From Pseudomonadota bacterium (lineage in GTDB: Bacteria > Pseudomonadota > Gammaproteobacteria > Burkholderiales > JABEVD01): a DNA stretch of 24,000 nucleotides. A program made the translations under genes and the position numbers. This document shows positions 17,682 to 24,000 of the stretch, piece after piece (positions within the stretch are counted from its first letter, which is position 1; every line of letters begins with the position of its first letter). The notes under the pieces are model-generated. The model saw only the letters and a list, made by a program, of their open reading frames with translations, searched no databases and was not told where the DNA came from. Location of the stretch: contig JAJZVB010000003.1 in NCBI GenBank assembly GCA_021845885.1, positions 11,785-35,784 of the forward strand. The letters are read 5' to 3'.

Positions 17682-19300
17682 GGAGTTTTCACCACTATAC
17701 GCCTCGTGTCTTGTGCGATGATCTGCATCGGGATTTTTTTATCAAGCTGAGCGTACATTTCGGGAGACATGATTGCAAGCGCATCAGGCTGCGATTTCCA
17801 GACACGCTCGAAGGTCGGGATGTCCGGGATCCATTTTTCGGGCTCCTGTTCGATGCCGAAAGCCATTTCGTCCTGATAGGCAACGGGCGTGACGGTGCGC
17901 CTGATGTAGAAGGGCAGGGTTTGCTCGTACATGGCCACGCTGTAGAAAGGAATATCTTTTTTCAAATAGGGCTTGATTTGCCGGGCGATGGAATAGGCTG
18001 AATTCGAGGGAGAAAGGCTGTTGTGTCCGGCAAGGGCCAATTGTCCGCTGACCAGCATCGAAAGGGAAACCGCGACGATCGCCTGAGCGTTGCCATGCTT
18101 GCGGGTTTTGAACAGCGCGTAAAGCGCCCCTGCGAGCGCGATTGAGGCAGCGGCGACGAGCCAGGGAATATAATGCCTGTAGAGGACGGCCGGGACGGTC
18201 GCGTCCGAAAAGCGCACGACCCTCGGGGAGAGCAGGAGTCCTGTTGCGCCGAGCAATGCAATAGGCAGGAAATGCCAGAAAAGCCTGTTGCCTTCGATTG
18301 CTGCAAGCCTCTGACCGATCAGCAGTGCTGCGGCGGGAAAAATGGGCAGGATGTAGGAAGGCAGCTTCGAATCCGAATAGGAAAAAAAGAAGTAAATGAA
18401 AGCAATCCAGATCAGCAGGAAACGGTTGGGCTGGAATGCACCCGGATTTCTTTTCCACGATTTGGAAAGGGCATCGAAAAGCGTGACCGTCCAGGGCAGC
18501 ATGCCGGCAAGGAGAACGGGAATGAAATAGGTCCAGGAATGGTAGCGCCCGTGCTCCTTGGTCAAAAAGCGCTCGAAATGCTCGTGAATGAAGAAGAAAT
18601 GGAAGAATTCAGGATTGGCCTTGCACACCAGGATGAACCAGGGCGCGGAAACCATCAGCATGATCGCGATCCCGACAGGCAGCTGGATTCGCTTCCAAAG
18701 CCCCCAGTCGCGCTCGATCAGCGTGTAGATCACGAGTACTGCGCCCGGCAGGACGATGCCGATCAGTCCCTTGCTGAGAATGGACAATCCCATCGCCATC
18801 CAGGCGACATGCATCCAGGTTTTTCCGGGCGACATTTGGGCGAGCAGGAAGCCGCAAAGGCTCAGGGTCATGAAGAAAGTGACCCCCATGTCGAGCGTAT
18901 TGATGTGTCCGATGACGGCGTAGAGGACGCTGCTCCCCAAAACGAGTGCGGCGTAAAAGCCGGCTTCCATGCCGAACAGGCGTTTCCCCGTGAAAAACAC
19001 CAGCAATAGGCCGAAGAAACCTGTCAGCCCGCTCCAGAGCCTTGCCGTCCATTCATGCTGGCCGAAGAGCTTGTAGGCGGCGGCGGTCGCCCAGTATTGC
19101 AGGGCGGGCTTTTCGAAGTACTTGATGCCGTTGAGGCGCGGGGTCACCCAGTCGCCTGTTGCGACCATTTCCCTGGAGATTTCGGCATAGCGCCCCTCGT
19201 CGGGCCTCACCAGCTTGCGGTACTCCAGATTGCTGAACCAAACCAGCGTGATCAGGGTGAAAATCCAGAAGACATGGTTTGGTTTGATGTGCATGATCAT
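17678..19300 (-). CDS. arnT: Undecaprenyl-phosphate-alpha-Ara4N:lipid A arabinosyltransferase (GT39/PMT-like, ArnT)
   Basis: 540 aa and polytopic. The N-terminal loop motif is RPDEGRYAEISREMVATGDWVTPRLNGIKYFEKPALQYW, typical of the ArnT/GT-C family. Operon context also supports the call. Confidence 0.9.
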   Translation of the reverse strand: MIMHIKPNHVFWIFTLITLVWFSNLEYRKLVRPDEGRYAEISREMVATGDWVTPRLNGIKYFEKPALQYWATAAAYKLFGQHEWTARLWSGLTGFFGLLLVFFTGKRLFGMEAGFYAALVLGSSVLYAVIGHINTLDMGVTFFMTLSLCGFLLAQMSPGKTWMHVAWMAMGLSILSKGLIGIVLPGAVLVIYTLIERDWGLWKRIQLPVGIAIMLMVSAPWFILVCKANPEFFHFFFIHEHFERFLTKEHGRYHSWTYFIPVLLAGMLPWTVTLFDALSKSWKRNPGAFQPNRFLLIWIAFIYFFFSYSDSKLPSYILPIFPAAALLIGQRLAAIEGNRLFWHFLPIALLGATGLLLSPRVVRFSDATVPAVLYRHYIPWLVAAASIALAGALYALFKTRKHGNAQAIVAVSLSMLVSGQLALAGHNSLSPSNSAYSIARQIKPYLKKDIPFYSVAMYEQTLPFYIRRTVTPVAYQDEMAFGIEQEPEKWIPDIPTFERVWKSQPDALAIMSPEMYAQLDKKIPMQIIAQDTRRIVVKTP

Positions 19301-19324
19301 TCCGGCGTACCGGCAAATTGCGGG

Positions 19325-19353
19325 ATTATATCATTGGATCATTCAGCCTGAAT
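19325..19353 (-). promoter_or_regulatory. Extended -10 promoter (TGaTATAAT) for arnT, with a perfect palindrome ATTCAGgCTGAAT over the -35/spacer region and the selU stop codon
   Basis: The minus strand reads ATTCAGGCTGAATGATCCAATGATATAAT-cccgcaatttgccggtacgccgga-ATG(arnT). TGATATAAT occupies 19333..19325 and the palindrome occupies 19353..19341. Confidence 0.4.
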
Positions 19354-20409
19354 CTTTTTCGCCAAGGCCGTGAAACCCGATTCGGTCGGGTCGCTCACTT
19401 CATGGAAAGAGGTGTACTCTTTGTAGTGAAGTACTATCGATTTCCGGTATGCCTTGTCGTAATGCTGTTCAAGAAGGGATCCAAGCAGCCTTTCCCAATC
19501 CTTTCCCGCTATCAGGGCTTTCCAGGCATCGATTGCATCCTTTCCATGCAAAGGGGCAAGGCAATCCAGTCTTTCGTTCAACGCTTCCGGATGCGCGAAG
19601 AAATGCCTGTAATCCTCGAAAAGGATGGCTTGTCTGACCCCGATTTCAGCATGGAGGCGAATGGCCCTGCTTTTCCACATCGCCTCGATGAGCGACTGCG
19701 GCACGCGCAGATTCCCGATTTTCCTGCTTTCCGATTCGACATAGACGGGACGTTTTGGATCAAATCCGGACAGGGTGAACCAGACGCAGCTCTCGAAATA
19801 TTTCTGGCCCGGCTGATCGATTCCGGGCAGTTTTCCGAGCACGGATCCCCTGTGGCGCGCGAGGGTCTCGAGGTCGAGCACCTGTTCTCCTATCCTGGAA
19901 AGCGCTTCGATCAGCCTGCTTTTGCCGCATCCCGTTTCGCCGCAGATCACCCTGAATTCGAAACTTCCGGGCAAAGCTTCGAGCGATTCGATCACCATTT
20001 TCCGGTAGGCCTTGTAGCCGCCTTCGAGGCGCGCCGTTGGCCAGCCGATTTCCGAAAGAATATGCGCCATGGCGCCGCTGCGCTTTCCCCCACGCCAGCA
20101 ATACACGAGCGGACGCCACGATTTGGGCTTGTCCATGAAGCTTTCCTCGAGATGACGGGCGATGTTTTTTGACACGATTGCAGCGCCGATTTTTTTGGCC
20201 AGGAAAGGAGACTCCTGGACATAGATCGTGCCGACCCTGGCTCTCTCCTCGTCGTCCAGGACGGGATAATTTCCCGCCCCTGGGATATGGTCCAGTTTGA
20301 ATTCGGAAGGCGAGCGGACGTCGATGATCTCGTCAAATTCGGATAATTGTGCTAGGGTTGGGCTGCTCAGAATTTTCAAGAAATGTCCGGAAATGCAGAT
20401 TAAACTCAC
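19339..20409 (-). CDS. selU: tRNA 2-selenouridine synthase (rhodanese plus P-loop; SelU/MnmH/YbbB)
   Basis: The rhodanese region is IIDVRSPSEFKLDHIPGAGNYPVLDDEERARVGTIY, with active Cys in LVYCWRGGKRSGAMAHIL. The P-loop is ICGETGCGKSRLIE. The track start is GTG 20409 (GAGAG lies 7 nt upstream). An alternative TTG at 20379 would avoid overlap with selD. Confidence 0.88.
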   Translation of the reverse strand: MSLICISGHFLKILSSPTLAQLSEFDEIIDVRSPSEFKLDHIPGAGNYPVLDDEERARVGTIYVQESPFLAKKIGAAIVSKNIARHLEESFMDKPKSWRPLVYCWRGGKRSGAMAHILSEIGWPTARLEGGYKAYRKMVIESLEALPGSFEFRVICGETGCGKSRLIEALSRIGEQVLDLETLARHRGSVLGKLPGIDQPGQKYFESCVWFTLSGFDPKRPVYVESESRKIGNLRVPQSLIEAMWKSRAIRLHAEIGVRQAILFEDYRHFFAHPEALNERLDCLAPLHGKDAIDAWKALIAGKDWERLLGSLLEQHYDKAYRKSIVLHYKEYTSFHEVSDPTESGFTALAKKIQAE

Positions 20410-21418
20410 TGAATTCTCTCATGGAGGGGGGTGCGGATGCAAAATCGCCCCCGGCCTGCTGCACGATCTCCTTTCGAAATCGTCCTCATGTTATCCCGAC
20501 CTGCTGGTGGGCAGGGATACGAGCGACGATGCGGCGGTTTACCGCATCAATGAAGCGCAGGCAATCGTTGCCACGACTGATTTTTTCATGCCCATCGTGG
20601 ACGATGCGCGAGATTTCGGCAGGATCGCGGCGACCAATGCGATTTCCGACATTTACGCCATGGGCGCGAGACCGCTCTTCGCTCTGGCTGTCGTGGGTAT
20701 GCCGATCGACAAATTGCCTCTGGAGACGATGAGGGCGATCCTCGAGGGTGGGGAATCGGTCTGCGCTGCAGCCGGCATTCCCGTTGCGGGCGGGCATTCC
20801 ATCGATTCTCCAGAGCCCGTTTACGGGCTCGCCGTGACCGGCATCGTTCACCCGGACAGGATCAAGAGAAACGATAGGGCCAGGGCAGGGGATATCCTGA
20901 TACTTGGAAAGCCGCTGGGGATAGGCATATTGAGCGCAGCCCTGAAGAAGGGAAAATTGTCCGGCGAAGGATACAGGGCCATGCTGGACGCCACAACGCA
21001 GCTCAATACGCCGGGCATGAAACTGGCCGAGATGCGGGAAGTCCATGCCATGACCGACGTCACGGGTTTCGGCCTGCTGGGCCATCTTCTGGAGCTGTGC
21101 AGGGGTTCTCATCTTGGCGCCGTGATCGGATTCGACGAGATTCCCTTTTTCCAGGAGGCGGGAGAGCACTGCATGGCTGGCATTGCCCCTGGCGCAGTCG
21201 AGCGCAACTGGACGAGCTACGGCCATGAAGTCGAACTGGATTTTCCTGACTGGAAAAGGAAGTTGCTGTGCGACCCGCAAACGAGCGGGGGCTTGCTGGT
21301 GGCCTGTGCCCCGGAAGTCGAACACGAAGTGCTCGACCTTTTCCAGAAAGAGGGATTCTTTCAGGCGAAAAAAATCGGGCAATTGCATCATGGTGATGCA
21401 TCGGTGAAGGTGAGATGA
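20393..21418 (+). CDS. selD: Selenide, water dikinase (selenophosphate synthetase), Cys-type
   Basis: [23 protein letters not shown] compares with E. coli SelD [52 protein letters not shown] is nearly identical to the E. coli motif. The start is at ATG 20393, since the track extension from 20297 has no homology. The codon at the Sec/Cys position is TGC. Confidence 0.93.
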   Translation: [341 protein letters not shown]

Positions 21419-21876
21419 TCAAATATGCCTTCATCCTGATCGCGCTGTTCGTTGCAGGATGCGGCGAAGTCGAGGTCAGGAAGCAGGCCGCCCAGCCTGT
21501 CGACAAAAGGGGAGAGGTCGTGCTTTATGCGCTCGGGCTGATGGGCGTGGATTACCGGTTCGGAGGGAAGAACCCATCGAGCGGATTCGATTGCAGCGGG
21601 ATGGTCAGCTATATTTACAAAAATGCCGTGGGAATGAACCTGCCGCACAATGCCTACAAGATCGCGAAAATTTCGAGAAGGATCGAAGCAGATCAACTCA
21701 AGCCGGGCGATCTGGTATTTTTCGATACGGCACACCGGCCCTATTCCCATGTGGGCATCTATATCGGAAAGGGAGAATTCGTCCATGCCCCTGGAAACGA
21801 CGGGAAGATCAGGATAGGCAAGCTCTCTTCAGATTATTTTGCCAGGAGATTCGAGGGGGCGGGCACGCTATTCTGA
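21415..21876 (+). CDS. NlpC/P60 (C40) family peptidoglycan endopeptidase lipoprotein
   Basis: MIKYAFILIALFVAGCGE contains lipobox VAGC. The catalytic Cys is in SGFDCSGMVSYIY, and the His residues are in SHVGIYIGKGEFVHAP. An ATGA overlap with the selD stop lies at 21415-21418. Confidence 0.88.
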   Translation: MIKYAFILIALFVAGCGEVEVRKQAAQPVDKRGEVVLYALGLMGVDYRFGGKNPSSGFDCSGMVSYIYKNAVGMNLPHNAYKIAKISRRIEADQLKPGDLVFFDTAHRPYSHVGIYIGKGEFVHAPGNDGKIRIGKLSSDYFARRFEGAGTLF

Positions 21877-21888
21877 CCTGGATTCGAC

Positions 21889-23241
21889 ATGGCCCCATTC
21901 AAAATAATCCGTGATCGCACGAGCTGGTTGCTGCAGGTGAGCTATGTCACGGTCAATCTTTTCTTCAAGACGAAGATGCAAAATCATGCTGCGGCTGTGG
22001 CGTATTATTCCCTGCTCTCCGTCGTTCCCCTCATGCTCCTGATGGTTTATCTGCTAGAAACCTATCTTTCAGGCTATTCCGAGCTCAGGGAGGCATTCGG
22101 CAATCTTGTCGAAGCCGCTCATTTGGATTTCCTCAATCAGAACCTTGAGCAGAAAGTCGGTACCGTCTCGGGGCTATTGAACCTGACCGGAGGGCTGGGC
22201 ATCCTGCTTTTGCTTTGGAGCTCCAAGGGATTGATGAAATCCATCCAGAGCGCTTTTGCCGTGATCTTCGCGGATTCGAAAAGGCGGGGCTTCATCGTTT
22301 CCAGCCTGATTTCGCTGCTGGCCATCCCTTTCATCTTCCTGCTCATGGGCATGTCCGTGGTCGGGGATTATCTGGTGGACCATTTCAATTATGCTTCGCT
22401 CAATATCCCCGTTCTCGGCGATTTGCTGAAGCTTTCCTTCAGACTGACCGGCCTTCTCACCCCTTTTTTCGGGATATGGTTCATCATTTTCCTGCTTTAT
22501 TTCCAGATCCCGTTGTTGAGGCCGGGAGCCGCATCGACCCTGCTCAACAGCTTTTTCTGCACGCTTTCCCTTTATGCCTTGGAAGCGGTGCTGACCTATG
22601 TCGTGAAAATCGACAAATATGTCAGCCTTTACGGTTCTCTTGGAGACATCGTTTTCGTGCTGCTCTGGGTCTACCTGGGATGCCTGATTTTTTTCATGTG
22701 GGCCGAATTTCTTTACGTGGCGGGAAAAATCGACGTCATCGCGCTGGAGAAGATATTTCTGAACAGCGAGGATAGAAGCAGGCTGGAATATAGGATCGAG
22801 CATTTCCTTTTCAATCGCTCCAGCCGGATTTTCGAGAAATACGGGCAGAATTGCAACAAGGGCGAAATGATCATCAGGCAGAATGACGATACCGGGGCGA
22901 TTTATTACCTGTATTCAGGGCAGGTCGGCCTTTACCGGGAGAACCACGGCAAGGAGATCAGGATGGGAGGATTGAGGGCGGGGGAGATTTTCGGGGAAAT
23001 GGCCTATCTTCTCGGGGAGCGCAGAACGGCGACGGTCATTGCCGAATCGGACTGCTTTCTTTTCATCATGTCCCCGGAAACGCTCGAAGCCTTGATGGTC
23101 TACAGCGCGAAGCTCTCCAGAAGGATCATCGAGTCGCTTTGCCAGAGGATTGCCAAGATGAACAGGGGGATTCTGGCTTCGGGTTTCGCGTCGGAGACTT
23201 ATCGGCATCCGGTGTACAATGCAGATGCCGGCACCGTCTGA
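21889..23241 (+). CDS. YihY/BrkB-family polytopic membrane protein fused to a C-terminal cyclic-nucleotide-binding (CAP_ED) domain
   Basis: The N-terminal ~300 aa has HAAAVAYYSLLSVVPLMLL plus about 6 hydrophobic helices, typical of YihY. The C-terminal ~120 aa reads GEMIIRQNDDTGAIYYLYSGQVGLYRENHGKEIRMGGLRAGEIFGEMAYLLGERRTATVIAESDCFLFIM. This is a cNMP-binding beta-roll with the phosphate-binding-cassette FGE...RRTA (DNA 22981-23040). Confidence 0.85.
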   Translation: MAPFKIIRDRTSWLLQVSYVTVNLFFKTKMQNHAAAVAYYSLLSVVPLMLLMVYLLETYLSGYSELREAFGNLVEAAHLDFLNQNLEQKVGTVSGLLNLTGGLGILLLLWSSKGLMKSIQSAFAVIFADSKRRGFIVSSLISLLAIPFIFLLMGMSVVGDYLVDHFNYASLNIPVLGDLLKLSFRLTGLLTPFFGIWFIIFLLYFQIPLLRPGAASTLLNSFFCTLSLYALEAVLTYVVKIDKYVSLYGSLGDIVFVLLWVYLGCLIFFMWAEFLYVAGKIDVIALEKIFLNSEDRSRLEYRIEHFLFNRSSRIFEKYGQNCNKGEMIIRQNDDTGAIYYLYSGQVGLYRENHGKEIRMGGLRAGEIFGEMAYLLGERRTATVIAESDCFLFIMSPETLEALMVYSAKLSRRIIESLCQRIAKMNRGILASGFASETYRHPVYNADAGTV

Positions 23242-23313
23242 TCCGGGAAAAAAGGCCTGCCGGAAGGGCCGTCGATCGATGCAATGGGATCATGGTAAAG
23301 GTTTGGCCTCGTT

Positions 23314-23337
23314 GAGGATGGCCTCCTTTTTGTCTTT
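23314..23337 (+). terminator. Weak terminator-like element after the YihY::cNMP gene
   Basis: GAGG-atgg-CCTC forms only a 4-bp stem, followed by CTTTTTGTCTTT. Alternative pairing with the upstream GGCCTC is possible. The stem is too short for a confident intrinsic terminator. Confidence 0.2.
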
Positions 23338-23358
23338 GCGGGTCATTTCTGCTAGATT
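23330..23358 (+). promoter_or_regulatory. Candidate trxC promoter TTGTCT-17-TAGATT, placing +1 at or next to the ATG
   Basis: The -35 TTGTCT is at 23330-23335, followed by a 17-nt spacer and the -10 TAGATT at 23353-23358. The A of ATG (23365) lies 7 nt after the -10. There is no purine-rich SD in between. Confidence 0.25.
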
Positions 23359-23364
23359 TGAAGC

Positions 23365-23796
23365 ATGGAATCCAGTCTAATCGTCTGTCCCGATTGCGCA
23401 TCGCTCAACCGCGTGCCCCATGCCCGGTTGCAGGAATCGCCGAAATGCGGAAAATGCAGGTCTGCGCTTTTCCAGGGGCATCCCGTTGCAGTCGACGCTT
23501 CCGGTTTCGAGCGGCATGTCGCGCATAATACCATACCGGTGGTGGCGGATTTCTGGGCGGCATGGTGCGGACCCTGTAAGATGATGGCCCCTTTGTTCGA
23601 AAAGGCCGCATCCGATCTCGAACCCGATGCCAGACTGATCAAGCTCGATACCGAAGCCGAATCCGCTCTGGCTGCCCGGTACGGGATAAGAAGCATCCCG
23701 ACTTTCGCGATTTTTCTGGGAGGGCATGAAATCGCGCGTCAGGCGGGCGCAATGGATTATGCGACCCTCATGAAGTGGATCAGAACCTCCGTCTGA
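23365..23796 (+). CDS. trxC: Thioredoxin 2 (N-terminal zinc-finger thioredoxin)
   Basis: 143 aa. The N-terminal CPDC...CGKC zinc-binding pair and the active site FWAAWCGPCKMMAP are present, followed by the C-terminal region IRSIPTFAIF. Confidence 0.92.
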   Translation: MESSLIVCPDCASLNRVPHARLQESPKCGKCRSALFQGHPVAVDASGFERHVAHNTIPVVADFWAAWCGPCKMMAPLFEKAASDLEPDARLIKLDTEAESALAARYGIRSIPTFAIFLGGHEIARQAGAMDYATLMKWIRTSV

Positions 23797-23799
23797 GCC

Positions 23800-24000
23800 T
23801 CACTTGTAGACCAGGATGGGAATGGCGCTGTGCGTGAGCACCTTGGACGTTTCGCTTCCCAGGAGCAGACCCGTGATCCCCCTTTTGCCGTGGGAGGCCA
23901 TCCAGATCAGGTCGCAGCCTTTTTCACCGGCTGTCCTGATAATGGCTTCATAAATGTGGAAGTCGGTTTCGACCACGCAATCGCAGTCCACGCCTGCCGC
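23800..24000 (-). CDS. Universal stress protein family (UspA-like), 3' part; the start lies beyond the right window edge
   Basis: The C-terminal sequence CDLIWMASHGKRGITGLLLGSETSKVLTHSAIPILVYK matches the Usp ATP-binding C-terminal motif G-x2-G-x9-G(S/T). The frame stays open to position 24000, so the track M at 23991 is probably internal. Confidence 0.7.
   Translation of the reverse strand, partial: AAGVDCDCVVETDFHIYEAIIRTAGEKGCDLIWMASHGKRGITGLLLGSETSKVLTHSAIPILVYK

Noticed and set aside
19301-19400. PmrA/BasR-type box (tandem YTTAAK-like hexamers) upstream of arnT, and likewise upstream of arnB
   Set aside because: I could not find a convincing tandem hexamer of that type by eye. Only the palindrome and the TTTATTGA repeats, reported separately, stand out.
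20432-20440. Possible selenocysteine (TGA) recoding in SelD at the GxGCGCK loop
   Set aside because: The codons are TGC-GGA-TGC, so this is a Cys-type SelD with no in-frame TGA.
23279-23380. 33-aa ORF (MQWDHGKGLASLRMASFLSLRVISARFEAWNPV) in the yihY-trxC spacer
   Set aside because: It has no SD, overlaps the trxC start and the putative trxC promoter, and has no recognisable features. It is most likely a chance ORF.
23800-23991. 63-aa stand-alone ORF as listed in the track
   Set aside because: The sequence is only the C-terminal third of a Usp-family protein, and the frame continues open to the window edge. It is annotated instead as a partial usp gene.
1-24000. CRISPR arrays, IS or transposon ends, integrase or att sites, tRNA or rRNA genes, and defence-island-like hypothetical gene clusters
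   Set aside because: I noticed no short regularly spaced repeats, terminal inverted repeats, transposase or integrase-like ORFs, or cloverleaf-like segments. Essentially every long ORF has a confident conventional assignment. This was a visual scan only, so a computational repeat and tRNA scan would be needed to be definitive.

Overview
Gene-dense chromosomal segment with 22 protein-coding genes. I recognised no rRNA, tRNA, CRISPR array, IS or transposon, or prophage. Protein sequences suggest a Gram-negative, probably betaproteobacterial, genome; that is an unverified impression.

Gene order, left to right:
- purL (partial, minus strand) and nnr.
- mlaA, overlapping by 1 nt (TAATG) with an orphan 803-aa GspE/PilB-type ATPase that has an unusual N-terminus.
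- Convergent PIN-PhoH and bcp.
- A three-gene lipid module: an alpha/beta-hydrolase with a Cys in the nucleophile elbow, a NodF-like ACP and a NodE/FabF-like ketosynthase.
- A complete Ara4N lipid-A modification operon on the minus strand, ordered arnT, arnE/F, arnB, arnC, arnA formyltransferase, arnA decarboxylase, arnD. It lies directly downstream of selU.
- Divergent selD, NlpC/P60 lipoprotein and a YihY/BrkB::cNMP-binding fusion.
- trxC and a partial usp.

Genes are packed tightly. There are five ATGA, one TTGA and one TAATG stop/start overlaps. Three convergent gene pairs have overlapping or abutting stop codons, and almost no intrinsic terminators are visible.

The most interesting candidates are:
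1. The mlaA-coupled orphan secretion-type ATPase. It has a duplicated N-terminal module and three to four MshEN-like (c-di-GMP-type) 24-residue motifs.
2. The Cys-hydrolase/ACP/KAS operon, whose extended -10 promoter is flanked by twin palindromes.
3. The YihY::cNMP membrane fusion.

None of these is proven novel from sequence alone. Each needs database and neighbourhood-conservation checks.
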